A stretch of DNA of 64,000 nucleotides. Origin: Azolla caroliniana. Its lineage: Eukaryota; Plantae; Polypodiophyta. Both the position numbers and the translations under genes were made by a program. Numbering within the stretch: the first letter of the stretch is position 1; every line of letters starts with the position of its first letter. Under the pieces are notes generated by a model that worked only from the letters and a program-made list of their open reading frames with translations, was not told the DNA's origin and made no database searches. This document shows, one piece after another, positions 37,246-46,909 of the stretch. The stretch spans positions 3,658,001 to 3,722,000 of the forward strand of contig JBHGNT010000007.1 of NCBI GenBank assembly GCA_043228905.1. Reading direction: 5' to 3'.

Positions 37246-40200
37246 TTAAAGACGACGAGTGGAACGAGTCGGCGCTACTTGCGGACCGGGTTTGTCCGGA
37301 TACTTTCGGTGGAAATCAGCAAGAAGATCTTGTGCATTGGCAACATTCTCGACGGGTTCCCAAGTACGTTCGCTCGGACTATAACCGAGCCAATCGACCA
37401 AGTAATAGAGTTTGTTGCGAACAAGTTTGGAATCGAGGATTGCAGCAACTTCATACTCCGGGCCGGCGTCCAACTCCAGTGGGGGCGGCGGTGGTGTCAC
37501 ACGATCGGGAATGGTGTTTGCTTTATAAGGTTCAAGAAGAGAACAATGGAAAACTGGATGTATCTGAAGCTGCGGAGGGAGATCAAGGCGGAAGGTGACA
37601 TCATTAATCTTCCCCGTAATACGGAAAGGACCGAGTCGTCGATAATCCAACTTGTCGCACGGTCGAGTAGTCTTGATGTGACGACGTAAGAGCCATACTC
37701 GATCTCCGATGGCAAAAGAGGAGGGAATCCGATGACGATCCGCATAAGTCTTCTGTGTGTGTTGAGCATGACGAAGGTGAGTAGAGAGATCCATCTGGAT
37801 CTTGCGTAGCCTCTCCAAATGATCCTCGGCACGAGGGTTGGTAGGTAGCTCCGGAGTGTCGATCACCGACCAGCGAGGATGGAAACCGGTATAAGCGAAA
37901 AATGGGGAGACCCGAGTCGAGGAGTGAATAGCATTATTATACGCAAACTCCGCAAAGTGGAGAATCTCGGCCCAATCGTCCTGTTGATAACTCAGGAAAC
38001 ACCGGAGATATTGCTCCAGCGTTTGGTTTGTTCGTTCCGCCTGTCCGTCGGTTTGAGGATGGTAGCCGGAGGAGAGGTTGCAGGAGACCTTGAGCATCTT
38101 GAAGAGATGCTGCCAAAATTTGGAGACAAATTGCGGGCCTCGGTCACTGATAATACTGTCTGGGAGGCCATGATGCCGAAAAACCTCACGCATAACAAGA
38201 GCGGCGGTTTCCTCGCTAGTGATGGCTTTAGTACATGGCACAAAATGTGCCATCTTCGTATATCGATCGACGACGGTTAGGATAGCATCGAACCCTTTCG
38301 AGACCGGCAGATCTGTGATAAAATCAAGACAAATAGACTGCCATGGCTTACTTGGAATTGGTAAAGGTTCCAACAAGCCATATGGATGGTGTCGTGGCAT
38401 CTTTGCTCGGCAGCAAGCATCACAGGTCCGAACGTAGTCGTCGACAAAACGGCGCATGTGGGGCCACCAAAAAGATCGCTGCACTAGCTCCAACGTCTTA
38501 GTACTACCGAAATGTCCCGCCGTATGAGTGTCGTGACAATGTTGGACAATTTGAAGGCGACAGGAGCAATCGGGGACATATACGCGCTTTTTAAAGAATA
38601 ACAGACCATCATGATATTCGAATTGTCGGTAGTCAATACCTGGTTGTTGAGACTGAGAACAGGATGCCTGAGAAGTATCAATGTGCGCCAGGATGTCTTG
38701 AGCAAAACTATCCGTCTTCAAGGTTGCACGTATGTCATCGGTAATCCGTGAATCCATCGGGGTGTGAAAAATCCGCGTCGTGTGCAATCGTGTTGGTCCC
38801 AAGATTACTTGCTTTTGATTATCAAATGTTGCTTCACCAGGACGAGGTGCAAGATATGAACGTCGTGATAGTGCATCTGCTTTTCCTTGCTGCTTCCCCG
38901 GTCGATATGTGATTTTGAAGTCGAAACGCGTGAGGAATTGCGCCCACCGAGCTTGCCGTCGATTTAGTACGCGAGCGTTCTGAAAATAAGCAAGATTTTT
39001 ATGATCGCTGAAGACAATGACCTGATGTGGAGAGCCCTCTAAGAAATGCCGCCATTGTACAAATGAATCCACGATGGCTAATAACTCCTTGTCATGTATT
39101 TCGTAGTTGATTTCTGCGACATCGAATTTGCGCGAATGGAAAGCCACCGGATGCAACTCTTCTTTATCACCTTGTTGAGAAAGGATGCTACCGAGGGCGA
39201 AATCTGATGCGTCGGCCTCCATGATGAATGGTTTGCTTGTATCCACATGAGCTAGAATCGGTGCTGATGTAAAGGCTTTCTTAAGATGCCGAAAAGCCAT
39301 ATCTGCTTCAATGGACCAAAGAAATGCTTGGCCCTTCTTCGTAAGTTGTGTGAGAGGTAAAATAATCTTCGAGTAATCCTGTATAAACTTACGGTAGAAG
39401 TTAGCAAAACCTAGAAAACATTGTACATCTCGTACCGACCGTGGAATTTGCCACTCTAGTACAGTTTGGATCTTAGCTGGATCCATGGCAATGCCCTTTG
39501 AGGAGATGACGTAGCCTAGAAATTCCACTTGCTTGCAGTCAAAGCTACATTTTTCTAGCTTGGCGTAAAGACCATTCTCGCGGAGTCGCTTTAGTACTAA
39601 TAGTACATGAGAGTCGTGCTCTTCCTGGGTCTTCGAATAAATCAACAGATCATCCAGATAAATGATCAAACAGATATCCAAGAGGTCTCTGAATATATCA
39701 TTTGCCATCTGTTGGAAGACTGCGGGTGCATTGGTTAGGCCAAACGGCATAACAGTATACTCAAAATGCCCATACCGCGTGCGAAAAGCGGTCTTCCACT
39801 CATCTCCCGGTCGGATCCGCACGAGATTATACGCTCCGCGTAGGTCGATTTTAGTAAAAAACTTGGCACCATTAACTCGCTCTAAAAGACTTGATATAAG
39901 AGGAAGTGCATACCTATTCCGGATGGTGACTTTATTTAATCCGCGGTAATCAACGACAAGACGAAGTGAGCCATCTTTCTTCTTGACAAAGAAGATGGGT
40001 GCACCGGCCGGAGATTTCGAATGACGGATGAACCCGCTTGCCAAGTTCTCCTCTATGTAGGCTCGAAGGACTTCTAACTCGGTGGGTGACAGGTTGTAAA
40101 TTGGTCCCCATGGTGGCTCGGTTCCTGGTTGTAAATCGATGGGACAGTCATAGGGACGGTGATGAGGAAGGGTACCGGCTTTTACCTTGTCAAATACATC

Positions 40201-40827
40201 GGCATAAGGATGATATTTTGCCGGAAGTTGTACTGAGGAGTCCTTCTTAATAGTGCTGGAAGGATGTACTGATATGGAAAATAGGAACATTGCCTCCTTA
40301 GGTCCTTCTTCGCGTAGTTGATGGAGTGAAATGGTCGAAACTCGGCGAGTTGATTCTTGGGGTGGTCGATATCGGACTTCTCTTGTTCTCCAATCTATGG
40401 CTGGATTATGTAACTCAAGCCAAGGTAATCCTAGGACAATGAGATGCTCTGGACTACTAATTATATTAAATGATATTATACACACAAAACTACCTAGGAC
40501 AACTTGAATGGGTTCTGATTCTTCTACAATATTCCCGGAAGCAATGGGACGACCATCAATGACCACTACAGATGCGGGACAAGGAAGTTTTCTTAAGGAT
40601 ATCTGAGAAGCTTGGGCAAAATTTCGATCCATGAAACAAGAATTAGCTCCGGAATCTAAAAGTGCTAGGACGGGTACTGGGGGAGTACTTTTAGTACTAA
40701 CAATGACTTGGGCTAGGAACACATTGCTAACTTGCTTGGAAGGAATGGAACCACTAATGGGCTGTACAGATCTAGGGCTGCTGTCCAACCAAATGGCTCC
40801 TATTTTGGCTGGACTCAATCGTTTAAC
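37246..40827 (-). CDS. pol: G Pol: protease-RT-RNase H-integrase-chromodomain
   Basis: Uninterrupted ~1190 aa. LLDSGA, MPFGLTNAP, YLDD, EADAS, HHCC zinc finger, SDRG, HPVFH and chromodomain YEVAAIL...YLVDWLGY...TWEP. Confidence 0.97.
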   Translation of the reverse strand, partial: VKRLSPAKIGAIWLDSSPRSVQPISGSIPSKQVSNVFLAQVIVSTKSTPPVPVLALLDSGANSCFMDRNFAQASQISLRKLPCPASVVVIDGRPIASGNIVEESEPIQVVLGSFVCIISFNIISSPEHLIVLGLPWLELHNPAIDWRTREVRYRPPQESTRRVSTISLHQLREEGPKEAMFLFSISVHPSSTIKKDSSVQLPAKYHPYADVFDKVKAGTLPHHRPYDCPIDLQPGTEPPWGPIYNLSPTELEVLRAYIEENLASGFIRHSKSPAGAPIFFVKKKDGSLRLVVDYRGLNKVTIRNRYALPLISSLLERVNGAKFFTKIDLRGAYNLVRIRPGDEWKTAFRTRYGHFEYTVMPFGLTNAPAVFQQMANDIFRDLLDICLIIYLDDLLIYSKTQEEHDSHVLLVLKRLRENGLYAKLEKCSFDCKQVEFLGYVISSKGIAMDPAKIQTVLEWQIPRSVRDVQCFLGFANFYRKFIQDYSKIILPLTQLTKKGQAFLWSIEADMAFRHLKKAFTSAPILAHVDTSKPFIMEADASDFALGSILSQQGDKEELHPVAFHSRKFDVAEINYEIHDKELLAIVDSFVQWRHFLEGSPHQVIVFSDHKNLAYFQNARVLNRRQARWAQFLTRFDFKITYRPGKQQGKADALSRRSYLAPRPGEATFDNQKQVILGPTRLHTTRIFHTPMDSRITDDIRATLKTDSFAQDILAHIDTSQASCSQSQQPGIDYRQFEYHDGLLFFKKRVYVPDCSCRLQIVQHCHDTHTAGHFGSTKTLELVQRSFWWPHMRRFVDDYVRTCDACCRAKMPRHHPYGLLEPLPIPSKPWQSICLDFITDLPVSKGFDAILTVVDRYTKMAHFVPCTKAITSEETAALVMREVFRHHGLPDSIISDRGPQFVSKFWQHLFKMLKVSCNLSSGYHPQTDGQAERTNQTLEQYLRCFLSYQQDDWAEILHFAEFAYNNAIHSSTRVSPFFAYTGFHPRWSVIDTPELPTNPRAEDHLERLRKIQMDLSTHLRHAQHTQKTYADRHRIPSSFAIGDRVWLLRRHIKTTRPCDKLDYRRLGPFRITGKINDVTFRLDLPPQLQIHPVFHCSLLEPYKANTIPDRVTPPPPPLELDAGPEYEVAAILDSKLVRNKLYYLVDWLGYSPSERTWEPVENVANAQDLLADFHRKYPDKPGPQVAPTRSTRRL

Positions 40828-41972
40828 TCTTCATCTAATTGACTGAGGATTTCAAATTTATTTGAGATACTTGGGCTATTAGTACTATGAATACTATCTG
40901 ACACTCTATTAGTACTATTACTACTATCAGATACTCCGAAGGGAAGAATTGACTCAGGTTTAGTACAGGCGACAATTTGATTTACCTGTCTTCTTGGCCT
41001 ATGGGGACAATTGATGGCGATATGTCCTGGTCCACCGCAATAAAGGCATAATCGATTGGCACGTCGTCGTTGCTTTTCTTCTTCCGATAACGGGCCGCGT
41101 CGACGCATGGTATCGATCTCCATCGGTGTCGAAGTATTTGCTTGAGGTATGTCTCGTGCAAACGGTTTAGCCGCGACTGCGGCGTAAGTGGGCTCTGGCC
41201 TAGAGCGTGGTATCTGTAATTGACGTTCTGAACGCCGTTCAAAAAGGCGGTTGTCACATCGAACTGCTCGACTGATTGCCTCCGTAAGAGACTTTGGTTC
41301 TTCGGGGAAAGTCAGAAGTAGATCTTTGACATCGTTTCGCAAGCCATAGCGAAACTGCTCCATTAGTGCTTGATCATCCCAGGGTATATCTGAAGCAAGT
41401 AGGCGGAAATCCGCTGCGTAGGCAGAGGCTGGACGATCGCCTTGACGCAATCGCCGGATCTTGTTGATCGCCGTCCTGATGCTGTCGGTGTCTCCAAAGC
41501 AGGCTTTAAACTCACCAATAAAATCTTCAAAGTTATTAAGCAAGGGCGATTGTTTTTCTAGAAGCGGAGCGAACCATGCCAAGGCTGAGCCGCTAAGTAG
41601 CGTGCCTATTAGGCCGACTCGAGATGCATCAGTGGGATATCGGGAAGGATGCATCTGGATGACTAAGCGTACCTGATTAAGGAATCCCCGAAATTGCGAA
41701 CGCGTTCCATCAAATTTCACAGGAAGTCCAATCTTGGGCTCTTTATGAAATCCTTGGGGACTGGATCCTTGTTGTTGCAACGCTGCTTCGAGTTGTTGTA
41801 CCCGTAACGCTAACTCCCCATGTTGTTGTTGCGTTTGTTGTTTTTCTAGAGCGATTTGTTGCAGATCCCCTATCAGCCGTTGGTTTTCTTGTTCCAAGGC
41901 AACAAACTTTTCTTTTAGGCACTGTAGCTCGGAGAAAACGGATTGGTATTCTTGGGCGCTAACAGTAGCCAT
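40815..41972 (-). CDS. gag: G Gag (385 aa)
   Basis: Coiled-coil N-terminus, KFDG..., LRQG...Y...F capsid motifs and CLYCGGPGHIAINC knuckle. Confidence 0.95.
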   Translation of the reverse strand: MATVSAQEYQSVFSELQCLKEKFVALEQENQRLIGDLQQIALEKQQTQQQHGELALRVQQLEAALQQQGSSPQGFHKEPKIGLPVKFDGTRSQFRGFLNQVRLVIQMHPSRYPTDASRVGLIGTLLSGSALAWFAPLLEKQSPLLNNFEDFIGEFKACFGDTDSIRTAINKIRRLRQGDRPASAYAADFRLLASDIPWDDQALMEQFRYGLRNDVKDLLLTFPEEPKSLTEAISRAVRCDNRLFERRSERQLQIPRSRPEPTYAAVAAKPFARDIPQANTSTPMEIDTMRRRGPLSEEEKQRRRANRLCLYCGGPGHIAINCPHRPRRQVNQIVACTKPESILPFGVSDSSNSTNRVSDSIHSTNSPSISNKFEILSQLDEELND

Positions 41973-42030
41973 AGTATAGGGGAAAGGGTAGGAGGATGAG
42001 GGAGAATGAGAAGTAGGCTAGAGGAAAGAA

Positions 42031-42042
42031 AAATTGGTTCAA
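42031..42042 (-). promoter_or_regulatory. Putative self-priming PBS of G
   Basis: TTGAACCAATTT lies 2 nt inside the 5' LTR and is complementary to AAATTGGTTCAA at 42258-42247, which starts 33 nt downstream of the LTR TATAAAA. Confidence 0.8.
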
Positions 42043-42469
42043 ACTGTCAGGAATAGTACTAAAACAGAGATGGAATTAGTACTAAGAAGAGTAGTACTAT
42101 TAGTACTAAGAGGACGGGACTGCGTAAGATTCCCGAGAGAGAGGAAGTGAGAAGAGGAGAGAGAGAGAGGGAAATAGGATGATGACAGCAGCTCTTATAT
42201 TATATGAAAGATAAGTACAAATCGACTAAGAGGCTTAAGACTGGTGTTGAACCAATTTGGTTCAAAACAATGCCTTGTGCCTCCTTTTATAGTGTTTTTA
42301 GGAATAATCCTGAAGCTTCTAGAATGTTCCAGAGAGATCTGGAATATACATCAATTTTCTATGATAAAGTATAAATGAAAATAATATCCTACAAAATACA
42401 ATTCATAATCTAATGGTAAGAGCTCGACCCATGTAGCATAAAGTCATGGGTTCGAGTCTTGCCATGACA

Positions 42470-43367
42470 GTACCTGGTCCTAGCGCGGGAGGATCTGACG
42501 AACCAGGTGGAAGGCCGGGCCCTTCCGAACAAAACGACCACGGCCGTATGCCGGTTCCTAATCGAGGACGTGATATGCCGGTACGGGTGCGTCGGGAAGA
42601 TCGTGGCTGATCGAGGGGAGTTGGACACCGAAGAGGCCGCGGAGCTATTCGACCGGCTCGGAGTTAAGCTCTCGCTCACCACTGCGTACAATCCGGAGGC
42701 GAATGGGAAGGTGGAGCGCGGACACGGGCCGATCGTCAAGGCGTTGGTTCGGGCATGCGGAGGCCAAGTCGGTAACTGGCCGCGGCTGCTACCTTATGCT
42801 TTGTGGGCAGACCGGACCACGCACAGTTCGGTAACCGGGTACATGCCGACGGAGCTCATGTTCGGCCAGAAGCCGATCATGCCAATGGAACGGACGATCC
42901 CCTCATGGGCAACGGTCGATTGGAGGGACGAGATGAGCCGGGAGGAGTTGTTGGCCGCGCGTATACGACAACTCGAACGGAGACCGGAGGACGTGGGACT
43001 GGCTACGGAGAGGCTCCGGGTGGCGAGGGCAAAGAACAAAGCCAGGTTCGACCGAACGCACCGGCTCCGACCGAAGAAAATCGAAGAAGGTGACTGGGTG
43101 CTCGTCTACGACAGCAGCCTCGACAACCAGCACCGAGCAACGCGGAAGTTCGCACGGAGATGGTTCGAGCCGTACACGGTACAGAGCGCCAACGACAACG
43201 GGACGTATCATCTGGCGGAACTCGACGGTACGAGAATAGCGATACCCGTGGCCGAGAAGAGGATCAAAGCTTTCAAGAAGCGGCACGACGACGAACCCGA
43301 CCCGATTCTCCTGGACAGCAGCGACGATCGATCCGAGGCCGAGGAAGGGCCGGCAGGCGAAGAGTAA
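42470..43367 (+). pseudogene. pol: D integrase core and C-terminus
   Basis: VADRGE, YNPEANGKVERGH and KFARRW motifs. Continues 36809 across the TSD. Confidence 0.93.
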
Positions 43368-45197
43368 AGGCGGGCCGGTTTTCTCCGTGCCAACTTAATT
43401 CGGCGCATGCCGGTGGATGCGCGGTTAGGTGGGGGCGGATGTCGTGAAGAAAACCGCCCACAAGGGGAATCGGAGGAACAAGGTGTGGGAAAACGGCTCT
43501 ACACGCACACGCGCGCCAAGAAGTACCTAAGGACGAAGTAGGTACATACGAGGATCCTAGGTGGGTAGATTCGGTTGGTATGCAGTTAATGCCAAACGGC
43601 CTCTTGACGGGATATAAAAAGGAAGAGGAAGAATAGAAGAAAGGGGGATCTCGGGCGGAGAGGACAAAGTGCTGCCGAACCGATTTCGAAGCTCCTCTCT
43701 CACTCCTGCTTTCTCTGTCTTCCGCTCCATCGCGTACCTGTGCAGGTTTCGAGGAGGCTTGCGCTGTTCCGTGGAACGCCCCGAGTGCGTCCTGCAGCAC
43801 CTCCGACCTGTTTTCCCTTTCTGTGCGTCGCGTCATACAGGGGTCGGCATCTGACCGACGCCCTGTACGTTTTCGTTAGTATCTATTCCGTGCCCCACCG
43901 TGGGTTGTAATACTTTAGTCTGTTATTTTCTTGCATTCGTAAGTACATATCTTTCGTTGTTGCGTCCATCTGCGTCGGCGTTTATTTGTGATCTCTGTTT
44001 GTTGGGCCGTGTCCCTGTGCAATCTTCGGTTCTGTGTAATCGGGTCTCTCTCTCCTTCTCCTCTCTCTCTCTTGCTCTTCGGTCCAAGACCCCCGTGGTC
44101 CCTCCTCCTTTCTGCACGCAAGGGCGTAGCAACCCCGACAACGTCCTCTTTAGCTCTAATTCAAATGCCTCCCATGTCGGATTTTGCTGTCGTAGCCCAT
44201 GGATGCTTGCTTGAAGCCCGTCGGTCGCCACCCGGTTGAAGGACGTCACTTGCAGTCCTTCCGATATTCCGCACCGTAGCATCTCCGCCTTGTAGTCCCG
44301 AAGATACCGCGACACGTCTTTCCCGTTGAATTGCCCGTTTTCGTTGCACGAGCCGCTCCACTAATGTCGCTATCTCCGACATCGCGCGTTGTTCTTGTAG
44401 CATGCGCTCGAAACATCATCATCATGTTGCTAGCCTCCGGTTGATTTTCCATCTCCTTGCCACCCGACTTCACGTCGGGTTCACCAACTGTGTCGTGCCT
44501 TTCGGCTCCGGATCGTTACGTGAGTCGGGTGGGAACCGCTGAGGTTTTTGACTAGGAGGAAGAGGAATACAAATTAAGGCTAGTTATGATCAGTGGAAAG
44601 AGAAGTAAGATAACAATCTCGTGAATCCCACGAGTTTAGTGTATTTAAAACAATATTTAGATTATAAGAGTAATTTTGATGGCAAAATTCGTGAATCCCA
44701 CGAATATATTAGATTGATCAATCCTTGTATATTAATCAACAACCTTATACATATTTCTCTCCTCCTTATATAAAGAGATGGAAGAGGCTAAGCATGGTTT
44801 CATGCTTTTTCACCTAAAGTGTCCATGCACACTAAATGTGCATGTGATGCTTTGTCATTTCCTAAATATAGGGCTCATGCACGCTAGATGTGCATGTGTC
44901 ACTTTTAATGTCACGTGTAAATAAAATATTCACACTCTAAAGAATACATGATTTTTACCTTTTAATAAAGGTATGTGTAAATAAAGGTCTTATACGTATT
45001 AAATCTATATGTATAACACTAAAGATAAGTTATTACAATGGTAAAGTTGGGGTTTATCTACGTGGAGGTGCAGGGTTTGAAGCTTGCCCTATGCATGTGA
45101 TAAATTCTTTTGATATATTATTTATTTATTTATATGTATCTAAAATCGGATATATTATTTTATGGTTTTCACGTAGTGTGCGGAATACACTACGACA

Positions 45198-46003
45198 GCG
45201 GAATCGGAGTTGAAGTTGTCTCTAGTGCGTACCAGGATATAGACTCATAAAAAACGACGTCTCTACTTACGTGAACTTTTCGAGTCGAGGGGTTGTAGCA
45301 CTTGTACCCCTTTTGCTCCAGTGCGTATCCGATGAGGATACATTTCTCCGACTTCGGGGCGAGCTTTTGTCGATTTTCGTCGGGGATATGCACATACGCA
45401 ATGGAGCCGAATATCCGAACATGTAATAGGTCCGACTTCTTTCCGAAAAACTTCTCATGCGGCGTGAGGTCTTGCACGCCGGGTGTCATACACTGATTCA
45501 TGAGGTATACGGCCGTGTTAACCGCTTCTGCCCAGTATGACTTTGGCACGTGCTTTTCGTTCATCATGGCCCGTGCTACTTCGAGGATTTGTTGATTCTT
45601 TCGTTCGGCCAGTTCGTTTTGTTGTGGCGTATGTCGACACGAAAACTCTCGCCGAATTCCTTCTTTCCGTAGATACGCCATAAACTCATCCGAGAAATAT
45701 TCCTTGCCTCCATCCAATCGAAGGCACCGTATGTGTCGACTCGTAGCTTTTTCGACTCCACTCTTGAATTTTTGGAAGTGTCCGAACACTTCGCTCTTTT
45801 GCTGCATCGGGTAGATCCAAGTGTGCCTAGAGAAGTCGTCGATAAAGGTCACGTAGTATCGGCATCTATCGAATGTCGCCATTTGAGCCAGTCCCCATAC
45901 ATCGGAATGAATTACGTCGAGTACGCCTTTCCTTACATTGCTCTCCTTCGGAATTGGATGCCAATGTTGCTTACCGAATTGGCAAGCCGCACATACGCCT
46001 TCA
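45198..46003 (-). pseudogene. pol: A2 integrase core
   Basis: CAACQFGKQ, IHSDVWG, HTPQQNELAERKN and KGYKCYNP motifs. Confidence 0.92.
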
Positions 46004-46721
46004 AGACGAATAACATGCATCGGGAACTTCGGCACATACCGGAGGATGTGTAGGTTCGGAGGGGGTGAGTGTCGTAGTCTAGTTCGCACACTACGTGAAA
46101 AATGTAAAAATAATATATCCGATTTAAGTACATATATATAAATAAAAGAAAATATTAAAATATTTATTACATGCATAGGGCAAGATTCGAACCCTGTACC
46201 TCCATGTAAATAAACCAAAACTTTATCATTGCATTAACTTATCATAAGTGTTATAAGTGTAGATTTAATAGGTATAAGACTTTTATTTATACCTACCTTT
46301 ATTATAAGGTAAATCATGCATTTTTAGAGTGAGTGAATACTTTATTTACAAGAAAAATATAAACCAATAAAAAAAATACTCATGCACATCTAGCGTGCAT
46401 GAGCACTATATTTAGGAAATAAAAGCATAGTGGAAAAAGCAACTCATGCACATTTAGTGTGCATGACCACTTTAGAAAAAGCAGGAAGCTATGCTTAGTC
46501 TCTCCCATCCTCATATAAGGAGGAGAGAAAGATGTATATGTGTGGATTATTTTGTAAGGATTGACCAATATAATATATTCGTGGGATTCATGAGATTCAT
46601 AACTTACCTCTCTTTCTACCTATTTATTACTAGCGTTATCTCATATTCTTCTTTCTCCTAGCCCAAACCTCAGTGGTTCCCACCCGACTCACGCAACGAT
46701 TCGGAGCCGAAAGGCATGACA
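46004..46721 (+). mobile_element. Gypsy E 3' region, PPT and 3' LTR (46070-46721), in the inverted segment
   Basis: PPT gagggggtgag, then TGTCGTAG...GCATGACA. Homologous to the C LTR. Followed by GCAT. Confidence 0.9.
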
Positions 46722-46909
46722 GCATGAGTTGGCTTCCACTAGCCGACAACTCACCAATTACGCCACCAACTCCGACGATGACGATCGTGGTGGAATGTTC
46801 GTGATGAGACATAGAGCGAATTCTATGTTGGCCTCTACTTCTACTAGTGCCTCCGTTCTAGAAGACGTATGGTTTGTCGATTCCAGTGCCTTGAACCATA
46901 TGACGTCAC

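Larger units (their letters stand above)
36810..42469 (-). mobile_element. Chromovirus G (Tcn1/Tf1-like Gypsy), intact
   Basis: 425-bp LTRs 36810-37234 and 42045-42469 (one substitution seen). 5-bp TSD GTACC. PPT agggggagatag 37235-37246. No tRNA-type PBS. Confidence 0.97.
31344..44140 (+). mobile_element. Gypsy D (tRNA-Trp-primed), very young, interrupted by G
   Basis: 701-bp LTRs 31344-32044 and 43440-44140 with no difference seen. TSD ACGT. PBS 32048-32065, PPT ~43427-43439. Confidence 0.97.
25337..45197 (-). mobile_element. Gypsy C (tRNA-Trp-primed), interrupted in gag by D
   Basis: LTRs 25337-26041 and 44491-45197. TSD GCGG. Perfect 18-nt PBS TGGTGAACCCGACGTGAA at 44469-44486, PPT 26042-26052. 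Confidence 0.96.

Noticed and set aside
45190-46218. 342-aa ORF as a novel gene
   Set aside because: Chance fusion of antisense E LTR sequence to A2 integrase across the inversion breakpoint.
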